DNA of 64,000 nt from Eledone cirrhosa (lineage: Eukaryota), in the NCBI GenBank assembly GCA_964016885.1, contig OZ024742.1:32736001-32800000 (forward strand). Direction: 5' to 3'. Under the pieces are notes generated by a model, which worked only from the letters and a program-made list of their open reading frames with translations, did not search any database and was not told the origin of the DNA. Shown here in pieces: positions 13,601 through 27,864 of this stretch; position 1 is the first letter of the stretch, and every line of letters begins with the position of its first letter. The position numbers were made by a program, and so were the translations under genes.

Positions 13601-14467
13601 CTCACAGAACAGTCTTCTCTTGTTTAAGTAGTTGAGTATTCCATGGATATGTGTACTTTTAATGTAATCCATGCTAGCATAGAAAGCAGACGTAAAATGA
13701 AGATAATGATTTGCCAAGACACAGCGCATGACAAGGTTGGCTCTGTATATTACAGGTACAGGCCATCAAATGGGTTTCCAAACTGTTTCTGTCTACCCCA
13801 AATCACTCACAATGCTTGGGTAACATGAGGCTGTGGTTAATGAAACTTGTCCAAGATGCCTTAAAGTGGGATCAAACTTGGGACCTTATGGCTAAGGCGT
13901 GTCCAAAACTAATGGAATATGAACTCACACCTGTTTAGTTAAAAAGACAACACTTCATCCGTTTAATTAAAGAATCTTCCTCTGGTTTATCTAATTATTT
14001 TACCATTATTTATTCATTTATTTGTTCAATTTTTAGCATTCTTATTAGTGGTTGTTTAGCTCCAGGTCAACCCTGTTCGTTAAAATGACAATGATGAAGT
14101 TGATAATGAACAACAGTCACTGGGGTAAAAAAAAAAAAAACATAAAAAAACAGCAACATCCAAAACAAGTTAAAAACAATAAACTGCTCTGTTAGAAACC
14201 TTAAATAAAATGCAATACATTATTTATTAAAAACAAAACAAAAACAATGTAGTGTTAATTTGATAGATGGGTTTAAGGAAAACCATGTAAATTATAATGC
14301 AGGTGGGCTGTGAGCTTATTGAGGATAAAAATCAAAGTAAAGACACAGTCATCAGTATGTTGTAATTCTTTATAACACCTGTCAAAGTTTTTCATATCCT
14401 TACTTTAAAATTCCCTTTTCTCTACAGTCTAGAAGTGAATTGGAATGATTCCATTGTTGGGGTAGAC

Positions 14468-14721
14468 TTAACCCTTTAGATACCAACCCACCAGAAACTG
14501 CCCTTGGTTCTACAATACAAATGATTCATTTTAAACTGTTTACATTTATCTAAAAATTTTCGTCAGAATTTTATGAACCCTTGTTAAATTACACTCCAAA
14601 CATTAAATTAATAATGAGAAAGTTATATTAAGAAATCCTTCCAAATTCTTCATTATTTTCAAAATTATTTTAAAATCATAGGCAGTGTCTTTTATTAGAA
14701 ATATATTAAGAAAAGGTTTAA
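14468..14721. mobile_element. Second TTAA-CCCTTT MITE family
   Basis: ttaaccctttagatacc...aaaaggtttaa. Related copies at ~23480-23716 and 25538-25791. Confidence 0.6.
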
Positions 14722-15707
14722 TTTGTCTTGGTTTAACAACATCTTGTCCTTGACAACCTTTAGTGGTAGCTATTCTGAGGCAAACTCAATATCTAGATGT
14801 GTTACTTCAAACTGCCATGAATAATCCCACTAGTCAGAATAACATTTTTGTCTCTTACTGAAATTTTCTGGATTGTTCAACAACCTTAACACTGTATCTA
14901 AGAGTTTTAAATTTTCTCTAGGCTGAATTGATCCAAGTGTTTGTTCTTGGTTTAATCATAGACAAGATCTCCAAAGTTAATCGAGTGACTTCTGAATCAA
15001 CATTATTGATAATATTTCTAACACAATTACAATAGTCAGTTAGGCTCCTAATTGTTTAATCTGATAATGTTGGCTTGGTCTGCAAAGCTACATCATGCAC
15101 ATTTTCAGTTATCAGTTATCCAAAGTAGTAAGTTATCAGAGTCATTAGAACATCAGATAGAATGCCTTGCAGTATTTGTTCTGGCTTTCTGCCAGGTCAA
15201 CTTTTCCTATCTCTCTTTTACTCTGGAAAAAAAAAATCAGCTGCGTTCAAACCTGGAGACGGATGGTCTTTGCTAGGTTTAAATCCCCTTGGCACATCAT
15301 ATGTCATGACAGTGTGAATACAACTTCATCAGAAGTTCAGAGCCCATGAACAGATAGCAACTATCCCATGGAAGGATGAACTGTCAGCAACCACCCAAAA
15401 TATCTTTTGATATGTCCTAACAATTTAAGATTTTTCTTCCATAATCCTTCAGTCACTCATCAATTCTATTTTATGTCAGGGTAACAAAAATTTCATGCAA
15501 AATATTCCTGATTATAAATAAATTATGAGAAATATTGTATTTTTCCCCCAGACATTTAAAACAATGATTCCTTTAAAATATAAAACACCAAACAAAAAAA
15601 TGTTTTTTTCTCCATTTGATCACCGCAGTCTCAGGTGTGTAAAAAAACTCTCTGAACAGAGTGTCTTCAAGCCAGAACAACAATGCTTTGATTAACTAGA
15701 GAAATAC

Positions 15708-15781
15708 CTGAATAAAAACAGATTCACGGCGTCTTTCAATCTGAACAATTTCTCGACCAATACTCTCATCATTGTGTTTGT
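15708..15781 (-). CDS. PHKA: Probable PHKA exon with PKA-type site: DKHNDESIGREIVQIERRRESVFIQ
   Basis: Pyrimidine tract, aag|74 nt|gtattt, phase 1->0. RRxS site sits like vertebrate VEFRRLSIS. Confidence 0.75.
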
Positions 15782-16734
15782 CTTTATAACAAGTGGAGAG
15801 ACAACGAAGAAATGAAAATAAAAAATAAAAAAAATAAACAAAATTGGGTGATGCTGAGTGACCAACTGTAAATAAAATTAAATGTTAGAGAAGTTGAATA
15901 CTTTTAAAGAATGGTGTGGTTTGGGTAATACTATAGAGTTGCTGGTGAAGTGTGGTATGAGTAAAGGTGGTAATGTATAACTGAGAGGTTAAGAGGTTTG
16001 CTTGGCAATTATGAGGTTTTGAGTTGAATCCCATAATAAGGTATCTTAAGCAAATGTCTTTATCATAGCCTCAGATCAACCCATGTCTTGTAAGTGAATT
16101 TGGATAGATAGAAACTGTTTTAAATCCTGTCAAATGGACTGTATCTGTTACTGAGAAGTCTGGCATTGTCACATACTGAACCTCCACAAGAATTACATCA
16201 AAGGGACATGTGACTGCAGAATACTCACTACTTACACATTAATTTAACAAATAGGCTGTTCCGTTATTTAAGCAACTGGAACACCCATCATCATCATCCT
16301 CACCAATCTTTACATCTATTTTCTCTGTTAGCAAGTATTGGATGGGTCACTACAGACCAACTCAGTATCTAATTTAAGCTACTGATCTCTCAGATAGGTA
16401 GAGGGCTTGCTTCTCACATACATGTGTTCCTGTACCTTATAGAGTACATCAAGTGCATTTTATCATAGTACCAGGGGAGTTGTCATGTCTACGACACAGC
16501 TAAAGTCCTTCCAACCGTTTCTCATGTTTTCTATGGCTTGACTACCTACAATCATTTTTTTCAAATATTCAAACAACCATTTAAAATAAAGTGATTCAAT
16601 AGTAGCATGGTAGCTTCACTAAGGAATTTTTGTTAGGTTAGACCTCAGAGTTTAATTACTATTTTATTTTTCATTTGAGCCTAAATAATCTTGTTTCTCA
16701 TTCAAAATTAAATCACATGGTTTCTATTTTGATA

Positions 16735-16920
16735 AATAATTGTTTCTACTTTAGGCACAAGGCCAGCAATTACCCAGTGCATTACTGGTACTTTATTTTA
16801 TCGACCCCGTAAGGATGAAAGGCAAAGTCAACCTCGGCGGGATTTGAACTCAGATCGTAAAGAGACGTAACTATGCTGGAAAGCATGGCGTCCGACCCTC
16901 TACCGATACTGCCAATCCAC
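16735..16920 (-). mobile_element. tRNA-derived SINE with Deu/Nin-like core
   Basis: B-box GAGTTCAAATCC plus GCCTTTCATCCTTACGGGGTCGATAAAATAAAGTACCAG. Other copies at ~50-225, 3226-3410, 30715-30920, 32050-32258, 33790-34150, 48410-48813, 57930-58113. Confidence 0.85.
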
Positions 16921-18134
16921 CGCATAATTTTGCTTCTACATAAATATAACGATTAAAAAATTTGAAGATTTGAATTGGTCATTATTTTCTGATCAACCTA
17001 ATAGAAAATAACCCTTTGAACACTAGTAGCCAAATTATTGTTATTGGCGGCATCATTGTAGCATACACAATACAAGCAACACCAATTTATCAGCTCACAA
17101 GTGTCTTAGTTTATAAACAAATTGCCAAGAAAGCTTCTAGACATGTTTCATATTCATGCCAACCCTTACCTATGAACATTGGCTACTAACCAAAAGAATA
17201 TGATCACGAATACAAGCAGCTGAAATGGTTGGATAAGATCCATGAGCTTGGCTGGTCTTGCTTGGGGATCCAGCTGGGCCAGTTGGAGACAGTTGCTTCT
17301 GACAGGACCCGCTGGAAGGAGTGTTTGAGGATTCTGCCCTCACGGCCTTCTCAGGAACAAGAGGGTGAAGAAGGATGATGATGATGATGATGATTGTAAT
17401 GATGAAGAATACCAAACTATATTATTACTAAACTTTAAAGATATATAGATGTACATAATGATGAAGTATGAACTTTGAATGTGTTGATTCTAGGAATAAA
17501 ATTGATAAATAAAAACAAATAAAATAAGGAAAATATACAAGTTAACAAACAAATAAAATAACAGTAAACAGACACACAAAAAAGAGCTTTAAACAAATTA
17601 AGAAAACATTGATACATATTGATTCCATTAAAATAACATACATTTTTTAAGTTTCCAGGATACATATTCCGTTTATTATTAGAAGTTATTTTCTCAAGAA
17701 AACCAGATATGTTGAAAATAAGAATTCTATTTATGTCTTTGCAGAAGGGGACAAAATTCTATCGATATAATCATGATTTGGAGACAAAATATAACAATAC
17801 CTGCAATGAAGATAACCATTTTTAGATTATCCTCCCCAACCAAGGAAAATGGTTTTATTGTTATTTAAAATTCTGTAAAATAAAATGTGTTAGTTTCAGA
17901 TATGGTGTGTGTGTGTGTGGTGAGCCAATCTTCTGGGAGATGCACATAACAGGTTGATACACAATAAAAAACTAAATACATGTAAACAATACTTCATCGT
18001 TTTTATTAATATATATATGTGAAGTATTTCCGTTGGAAAGGTACAGGAAAGGTACAGGAAAAAAGAGTGCTCTATGTAGACTACAGAGCTTATTAGTTAT
18101 GTAATAAACAACATAAGATAATTATTTCATTTAC

Positions 18135-18165
18135 CAGTGGTTTCTTGAAGGCAGATGTTGTGTGT
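18135..18165 (-). CDS. PHKA: Candidate 31-nt PHKA exon: THNICLQETT
   Basis: aag|31 nt|gtaaat, phase 0->1. Exactly bridges the 22695 (phase 0) and 15781 (phase 1) exons. Confidence 0.5.
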
Positions 18166-21100
18166 CTTCAGTCATCAGAATGAATAAATAACATGGTGTT
18201 TTTATTAAATATGGATTTGAAAACAAAATTTAGGAAATATGAAAGTGAGGCTGAAAAAAACGGGTGAAAAGGAAAAAGGGGAAAAAATATAAAAAATATA
18301 TATATAAAAAAAATAAATATCCAGAACATAAACATACACACACTCAACTACACGCATATACGTAATAGTACGTAGACGTATACTTTCTCACATAAGCGTA
18401 TTTGCGTCTACATAGAAATACGAACAGGGACATAAATAAATACATATACACAGATATATATATAAATAAATAAATATATATTCACATATATATATATACA
18501 AACACTTAAAGAAATAAGTTCTTCCATCTTTCTTGTAGAAAATATTAGCCTTTAAGGGTTATATTTAAATGAAGCAACAACACCAGAAACATGATAAATC
18601 TGTAACTAAATAAAAAAAAATAAATAAATAAAAAAAAATATATATATATATATATATTTATCAATAATACATATATTTAGATGAGGTATGGTCATAGCCA
18701 GTGGCTGGAACTAGCAAAAGATTAAGGAGAAATGATCAATAATATATAACCTGTAGAAAATATAGAGAAGAAAATTAAATCAAATATCTATATATATATA
18801 GTAAAGCTGTACTTGTATATCATACATTTGCATATATTGTACTTTGATAAAACTTTATCTGATATAGAATTCTATACAAAATGGAGAATCAAATATATTT
18901 TATATCATAAAATGTGAAACTTTTAGCAACTGTTATTGTTAGTGATATAAAATTATTTAATTCTATAATTTTCACAAAGTTCTTCACCAGATAATGTTTT
19001 ACCAAAGTACAATATATAACAATAGATGATACTACATCATTATTTTAAAGATATAAACTATAAAATTTAATTCATAGCATGGACAATACAGAGACCTTGA
19101 AATACAATATGACACAAATCACAGAATAGAGTTAAGATATATCATAAATACAATTACACAAAGTATGAGTTTAATGCAATTGTGTTTACGGATTGTGTGT
19201 CACACAGAGTTTAAGTCTCAAAACTGAAAAAGAAATGTCCAATGCTCAAAATAAAACAACAAATTTCTCAGGAAAAAATAAGGTGAAAGGTAACTTATCA
19301 GAAATAAGCTTAAAGAAATATTCCACACCAATAAAAGTTTATATGACACCACGATCATGCAGCAAATTTTGAAGAATTTTCTTACAATGTCATGAAGCTT
19401 GAGTTTGTATTAGTAAGAAATATTTCCTAAATCCTTGATTAATTTCCTGTCACCCACCTCGTGGATTGTCTTTCTGTTGACCACTGGCCACTGGTCTCTG
19501 TGCTCTGAGGCATTTTTGCCCATCTCTGCCTTTGACAACATTTAGCTGTTTTAACAGCTGTTCTGGCGATGAGTTTTCTCAGTTTTATATGTATTCAATT
19601 GTTTTTTTTATTTGGGAGGCCTGGAGAAAGGGACAGTGCCCATGGCTGTCACTGACCCTCCAACACCAGGGAGATTGGTGCCATCAATATTCTGCTGCTT
19701 AACTCTTATTCTGCAATGTTTTAGCAGAAAATATCTGACGGCAAGTTTGTTAATTCAAATATTTAGTCGACAGAAAGTTGTGAAAATTTTCAGTTAACTA
19801 AAGAATTAAAGTTTTAATGTGATACAATCAGAGTGCAGAATATCTTTCTAATGTAATTTAGGAGAAAAAGGACTGGGATTGGATACAACAAGGGTGATGA
19901 TGAGAGACAAGAGAGTTGGGACTACTTGATTAGAGGTGGCATGAGAACAGCCAGCTACGAAGAACAGAAACCATTGTAGTAGCAGTAGAAGAGGGAGGAG
20001 ACAACATGTCCATAGGTCAGAGGTTGGAGTGTGTCTGTGAGGGACTTTATACCAACTACTACTTATTGTGGTCTCTTAAGAGGAAGTGATACTAAAATAT
20101 TAATAGTAAGCTATGTCAGATTTGAAGTTAGAAGGAAATATGTATGCTGTTCTCTTGTTGTTATAACTCACACCTGCATAGGTTTAGCTAGCCCGTTGAA
20201 GTGGCTGTATCTCATAGAAAGTTTCTTGGGTGTTTTAATGATAGGGATCCCAGTCCCATAATATTACCATTGATCTGGTGACTGAAGGTGGAATTTGAAC
20301 TCAGAATGCACAGAGCCAGAATAGATATAGATGCTCTAACAATTCCATTACCCTGCCATATTTCTTTGTAAGATAGATTGGTAATGTAAAGTCTTAGAAT
20401 TCCCCACAGCCAGTAGAGTCCACTGAAATACAAACATTTGGACTTGGTTTCTGGCCTTGGGGATACCTTTCTCCCTTCCACCAGTCTTGGAAGATCCTGA
20501 CTAAACAGTAATATATGATGATATATTAATGAATGAAATCTGTAAACTAATTTCTGATTTTGAAAATATAAACAAACACACACACACATATACACTGAAA
20601 CAAAAAACAAGAATTAGATTCTAAATACAACAGTTAAGATTAAGATCAAGGAGATTCAATGAAACTGATTCAAACAAAGAAAAAAAACTCTAATGTAGTA
20701 AAAGAATTAATTTCATTGTAATATTTCTTCTTTTTTTTTTTAAATTCCATAAATGAAAATATATTTCCTTAATTTTTCAGCCCGTGGCATTCAAAACATT
20801 TGGGGAGCTGGACTACTGACAATAAAGTTTTATTATCATTGGTGGCTCATCACATTGAAGTATTAGGCAATACCCATGAGCGTACTTGGCTGTTTAAAGG
20901 CCTCAGTCATGCTATCACTCATGATAATACCATGAGTGTTTTCCCTGTGGTAATGTATAATTGAAGGAGTGTGCATGCCTTTTCTATTTTTCCTTGTGAC
21001 TCATTTTTATCAATTATATTCTTAACAAATAAAGCTATTTTCCCTGTCCTTATTTCTTGCTCTTTCATCATTAACTCTTCTGATACCAACTCAAATGAAA

Positions 21101-21187
21101 CTAGCTCTGGTTTTATAAGTGTTTACGTTTAAATTAAAACATTCTATTTATATAAGAACTTTTTAAAAAATTAGGTTTAGGATACTG

Positions 21188-21553
21188 GAGGCACATGGCT
21201 TAGTGGTTAGAGCATTGGCCTTGCAATCGAAAGGTTGTGAGTTCAATTCTCAGACCAGGTGATGTGTTGTTTCCTTGAGCAAGACACTTTATTTCACATT
21301 GCTCCAGTTTACTCAGCTGTAGAAATGAGATGATAGGGACTGGGGTCCATATCATTCCACTGCAAAAAGCACCCAGCCCACACTGTAAAGTGGACGGTAG
21401 GTGCCACAGAAAAAAAGCACCCAGCACTCACTGTAAATGAGGTTGGTGTTAGGAAGGGCATCCAGCTGTAATCAAGCAGAAATCAAGCCAGAATCAGTTC
21501 CCATCCCACTCTTGCAAGCAGGGAAAAAGCGGACGTAAAATGAAATGATGATG
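21188..21553 (+). mobile_element. SINE family 2: tRNA head, CCTTGAGCAAGACACTT core, RTE-derived 3' tail
   Basis: A-box TGGCTTAGTGG and B-box GAGTTCAATTC. Tail matches the RTE 3'UTR at 31195-31383. Confidence 0.85.
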
Positions 21554-22694
21554 AAGTACTCCTGTAAAACTACAGAGAGTAAACTATATATACTGTATGT
21601 GTATATATGGCTGACATTTTCTACACTTACACTTGTTTGAAATAAAACAACAATCTAAAGATTCCATTGTGTTACATATTCACTTTTTTAGCATGAAAAA
21701 TAGGACAGTTTCTTATTTGCAAATATAGACAACTGTACTTCATTTGCACATTTGCTGTTTACAGCAGATTGTCAATTCTACTGATAACCTCTCAACCATT
21801 GAATAAGCCATCATATACTTCTCTATTTATCTCTCCCCACTCTCTCTGTATACACATACATATACATATATATCATGACTCATACACTATTCACTTCCCT
21901 GACATTTCTATATTATTTGTATATTATTCTATGTACTATACATGCACTTTTGACGAGTTGTAGTGCACCTGAGCACTCTACACAATAATTTCATTATTAT
22001 TATTATTATATATATGTATTATATATATATATATATAAATGTGTGAAGAACTACAGTAGTGAAGATGTGTTTTTTTGAGATTAATGGTATGGAATTACGT
22101 AACTACCATTAATTAGTCTGCACATTACTTAGGTCTTTGAAACGATCATAAAACAATGGCTTAACACCTCACTATCTTTTTCTTGTTCGTTCATTGCTTA
22201 ACATTATATATATATATGTATAAATCAGAATCGATGTAGTAAAAACAAGTTAGACCGTTACTCACCAGAGTAGTCAATACTTGGGGTAGTAGAGTGGGTA
22301 ATTATGAAAAAATTTGGAACCCTGATGGCTGAGCTCCTGCCGTTTCAAAAGCAGTTGGGTTCCCAAATTTTTTCACACAAACACACACACATATATATTT
22401 CTTAAACTTTTAGCATTCAAACTGGCCGTATCCGGCCAGAATTCTCTCACCTCTTTCTGTTCAAACTAGCCATAACTGGTCCCTCATACCGACTTTAAGT
22501 TCTCAAAACAAATAATATAAAGATCTCATAGATTCGATATTATGTGAGATAAAGCCTTTACTGTGAAAATACAATAGTGTATATAGAGTAATGTAAATGT
22601 TAAAGGGTTAAAATATTTCTTTCTCTTTCTTAGAATCATTATCACAGATTTATCTTCCTTGATCATTTGAATAAATGAAAACATCAGTAGTAAC

Positions 22695-22798
22695 CTTATA
22701 TGAACGACTGAGTCGTGCAAATACTTTCTCTTCGTGTTTGTCCTTGGCTGTGAAAGAAAGCCGTATTCGGTCATGGGTGTCTTCAGCTGTCGAACGTT
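22695..22798 (-). CDS. PHKA: Probable PHKA variable-region exon: ERSTAEDTHDRIRLSFTAKDKHEEKVFARLSRSYK
   Basis: cag|104 nt|gt, phase 1->0. Continues KEFVISA-ERS, like vertebrate KEFGVERS. About 265 nt upstream are free of AG. Confidence 0.7.
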
Positions 22799-23213
22799 CT
22801 GTTTATTTATTTTTTAATTTTTTATTTGAGTTGTTTTAGTTGTGTTGAGGACAGCATTCACAAGCAAGTCATTGGGGGAAGAATCAGTAGATGAGGCAAA
22901 CACCCAGGAACAATACATGATGGAGGATGATAAAGAAAAGAGAACAGAAAAAAAAAAAACAAGAAAAATTCAGAAGTCATATATGGAATAGAAGCAATCA
23001 AAACACATGGTGTATCAATAAATTTAACACAGTACATTAAATCGTGATTGCAGATGTCACATACACCTTACAAAGAGGAAAGATGGTTAGTAGTATGGTA
23101 TATAGTTCTCATTGTGCTGATGTTGTGACTGAAAAACCTGTCCATTATACACTGCTGCATTTCAGACTGTGTGCCTGCATTGAGGGGGAAATCACCTACA
23201 AACTGGAGCTTAC

Positions 23214-23257
23214 TGTCTCCTCTGTCCCCATTTGGTCTGCTCCAGAGTCTTCTCAGG
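23214..23257 (-). CDS. PHKA: Candidate alternative PHKA exon (LRRLWSRPNGDRGD when read phase 2->1)
   Basis: cag|44 nt|gtaagc, open frame, purine-rich. Confidence 0.45.
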
Positions 23258-26200
23258 CTGTTTACATACATATAGATAGATACAAATCTACTCATATATA
23301 CATTCATTTATTCAAAGTCAAGGCTTCCCTTTATATCACTACACTAAGTGGTGGAGGATTATTCATGAAATATAGGTATGGTGTTCTGCAATTTAAAAAG
23401 AAATGTATATATAACAGTTCCACAACAAAATAAGTTTGGGAACCACTGCTGTAAGCATCTAATGTGGTTCTTCAGTTTGTAACCCTATTGATATCAAACT
23501 GTTTGAAACTGCTTATGGTGCTAAAATACAAAGCTGTTTATTTTTAAGTATTTATATTTATTTAAAAAAAAACATCTATCATATTTTTATGTAAAAACCT
23601 TAGTTAAGTTATGTCCCAACAACAGCTTAATAATGAGAAAGTTTGTAACAAAATCATTCCAAATTCTGGAATCATAGGCAGTGTCTTTCATTAGAAATAA
23701 GGTAATGAAATGTTTAAGTCAATCTACAGATAGTAATGGTTAATATGATGAGCTACATGTTATATACTATAAACTCACTGATTAGATTTATAAATTGTTG
23801 CTCATGCAGTTTTGATTGGATAATCAAAACTTGGTTACACATTTTAATAGACACGATACAATGCCCCTCCACAAAATAACCTAATATACATACACATTTA
23901 CTAAATATTGCCCTGTTGACCACACAACACTGTAATTTATATTGACTATGTTACACTACACTTATCTGTATCATACAGTAGCACTGTTAATAGCAGTACA
24001 TTACAATATAGTCAGTGGATGTAAGTAGAGTCAAGTTGTTAAGAAATTTGCTTCACATTCATAAAGTCCCAGTGTTAGGTCAGCCTGAACCTTGTAATTG
24101 GGTCAACAGAAAGACAGAGTTTGTAAAAGTCCCTCAGATGGATTGAACATGTAATTCTAACTCCAGTCTTGTCATATAATGTGTCATGCTGATTCAGCTT
24201 GGGAATTACATTAACAATACACAAGTGTTCCAGCTGTTCAAACAATAGAACAGCCTATTCGTGAAATTAAATTGCAAGTGGCTGAGCATTCTACAAACAT
24301 CTACACCCTTAAAGTTCTCAGGGAGATATAGAATGACACAGTGCAATGTGAAATAAAAGGTTGTACACGAGGAAACAATCTTTTACTTGGTATTGAACTC
24401 ATGACCTTACAATCACAAACCAAATACCCTAACCACTAAGTCATGTACCTTCATTCAACATGACTGAAATGTAGTGCTCTCAACATAGATGGATTTCTAT
24501 TAACACCAAGCAGTTAGTAATAGATTAATAATTAAAACAAGCAAGTTAAGGCAATTAATTCAAACTGTATTAGTTCACTACTAAAATAAACTACAGCAGT
24601 AAAGAAGAAAAACAAACTACTAAAAAAATAAGAAAAAAATTAACCGTTTAAGGAGAGGATGTGGCAGATAAGACCCATGATTCATTTTGGATGAATGTGT
24701 TATATGCATCTAAATATTGGTGTAATGTTTAATACAATTAAAAAATAATTCTCATGTGTGTTTGTCCTCAGACCAACCTTCACTGAGCAGGCCACTGATC
24801 GAAAGTATTACATCCATGACTATCACTTATTTAAGACAGTAGAGTCTGATCATTACTTTATGGATGTTTTCTATGCTGGCATGGGTTGGACAGGTCATTA
24901 CTCTCCTAGTCAGTTTTTAATGAAGTTACTGTTCTCTTAGACAAGTCAGAGGACCATGTCTCACTTATATATTCCAATTTTTGGCATGGTTTCTGTAGCT
25001 GGATACTTTTCGTAACACTAAACACTTTATAGAGTGTGATATGAGGGAAATTTGGTTGTTATTTTTACATCAGGTCAAGTGACCACACTGAGGCTCTCTC
25101 ACTGGCTCATGGTTATTGTTGTCATTGCTGTTTAACCCCTGGTCAAGACTTGATTCAGCTGTGACCATCCAGTCATTTTATGTATATGTGTGACTACATT
25201 ATCTAATGTATTCTTTCTTCATTTAAGACAGTAGGGTGTAATTTGGAGGAAAAATTGGTTGATATTTCTAGCAGGTTCAGCAATCATGTATCATCTCCAT
25301 TCAATTTTGAAAATGCATCATCAGAATGTCTGCCATTAAGGTGATTAATGAAGGTTAGGAGGGGAAATTGAAGATCTTTGGTTGTACTAAGTTTTTGTGA
25401 GACTAGTAAATTGTGAATACATTTTAATAAAATAACAATCATAATAGTTTCCTGATTACTATATATACAGACTTGAGACACTTCATACCAAGCCACCACT
25501 GACTGCCCATTGTTTTATGATACAAAAATTATCATTTTAACCCTTTTGATACCACACCATCTGGAACCATCCCTGGTTTTATGATACTGAACTGTTAATT
25601 TAAAGTGTTTATATTTATCTCAAACCTTTTCATTATAATATTATGTAAGAATCTTAGTTATGTTAACAGCAGCTTAATAATGAGAAACTTAGTAACATAT
25701 CTAAATCCCTCCAAAATCTTGATTATTTTCAAAATGATTTGAATATCATAGGCAGTGCTTTTCATTAGAAATATGGTAATGAAAATGTTAAAGTATTATC
25801 TTTTAAAAGAATCTAAACCTGCTCACAAAATTATATGTAAGAACATTCTGCTAAGTTATGTTCCAAGCAACAGTTTAATACTAACATGGTTTGTTATTTT
25901 AGTAAACCTTCCAAATTACTGATTATTTAATTCAAACATTAGGACAATGTATTTTGTTATAAATAAGGTTACAAGAGTGGACTGTAGCTGGCATTGTAGA
26001 TAGTCTTTTCATGAGGAGGTCGTCAGTTATGTCAGATAGTAGTATTAAGAGTACACTAGCTGTGTGAAATTGAACAACACACCAAAGTGCTATTTGCCAG
26101 CTCTGTAGCTCTAACCCTTGCAATAATATAATAATTAGAGTACAGTGTATTATAGGAGGTAGTTGCAATACAGATCAAATATTAAATATCAATGACAATA

Positions 26201-27864
26201 AAAAAATATTGAAATATTACCTTATAAATATTTAATTTGTAGTCTGTCCCAAGCCTGGTTGTTCAGCAGGCTGGAGTTTATCCCAGTTACATTGGAGTTA
26301 GGCAACTGAGAGTACAAGACTTTCCCCTGGATGAGAGGCTATTCTATTGCAGCGTTCATCCCTAACTACCGCTAGTACTCATTGCTGAGTATACTGGAGC
26401 AACATGACATGAAGTGTCTTGCTAAAGGGGACAACACACCATCTGGTCTAGAAGCAAATCAGTATCCTTACAATTGTGAGACCACTAGGCATACACTTTG
26501 TCCCAAATTGAATACTTCAATATCTTAGTATTGCTATTGATTTGTAACCCTCTTGCTACAATATTTCTAATGATATTTAAGTAACTTTGAAAATAATCAA
26601 GAATTTGGAATGATTTAGTAATATAACTAACTCTCTCATTATTAAACCATTAGCATTTAAACTGGCTCTATCTGGCCAGAACTCCCTCACCACTTTCTGT
26701 TCAAACCGGCTGTAACTGGCTGCTTCTACTTACATTAAGGTATTATTCTCAAAATAGATAAAATCAAAATCTCATAGATTCAATATTATGTGAGATAATT
26801 ATGTGAGGTAAAGCCTTTACCGTGAAAATACAACAGTATATATAGAGTAATGTAAATGCTAAAGGGTTAAGCTGGTGTTTGAATGATGGTTTTTAGATAA
26901 ACATAAATATTTTAAAATTAACATTTTTGTATCATAGAATCAGGTGTAGGTTAATGGATGATTGATCTACATCACTATAACTCACTGCAATCTATATATA
27001 TATTCCAAGTGGCTTCAAGCAAACTACAATACTCTTCAATATAATAATTATTTTATCATAATTATAATATCCCCTCCAAAAATATTTGCTTATACTTGAA
27101 ACTATTTCAATATTCAAGATAGGAAAAAAGCAACAACAAACAAAACAACAAACAAAGAAAAACAAATCCAAATATTATAAGAAATACAATGGAACATATA
27201 AAACAGTCAACTACATAGATAATAGTACTGATAATTAGATAAATAATACAATATACATATAAACAATACAACTGCAGGTATTTAACAGGCATCAAGTTGA
27301 TATATAATATAGCAATAGTGTTATGTTTTATAGATAATCAATGTAATAAGATCATATTTATATCAGATGTTCACTGAAAAACAAGACATTATTGGTAATT
27401 ACAGAAATAAATGAGAAAACAATATCATGTGACCATATGGAATAATAACAACACCTAACAGCTTCATAAAACTAAAAAAAAGGGAACAGGCCGGACCACA
27501 AACTCCTGATGGAGTCATGATGATGTCATCCTGGGTATTTAAAACCTAGTGGAGCCCATCCCCATCTTGGGCAGAAATTATTGGAGAGGGGCTACTTGAT
27601 TTGATTGATTCTAGTACTTTGTATTTTATTTTATCAACTAAAGGATGAATGGCAAAGTTAAGTTCAAATCCCATCGAGGTCAACTTTATCTTTTATGCTT
27701 CTGAGAAGAGCAACGGGAAACATTAAATACCAGTTAAACAACATCAATAATAACATATCAGACATTATAAAAAGCAGGGAATTAGCAGAATGATGAGAGC
27801 ATTGGATAAACTTTGCAGTATTTGTTCTAGCTCTTTAAGTCCTGAGTACAAACATCATTCCCCT

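Noticed and set aside
21188-21260. tRNA gene
   Set aside because: A and B boxes run directly into a SINE body; no complete cloverleaf.
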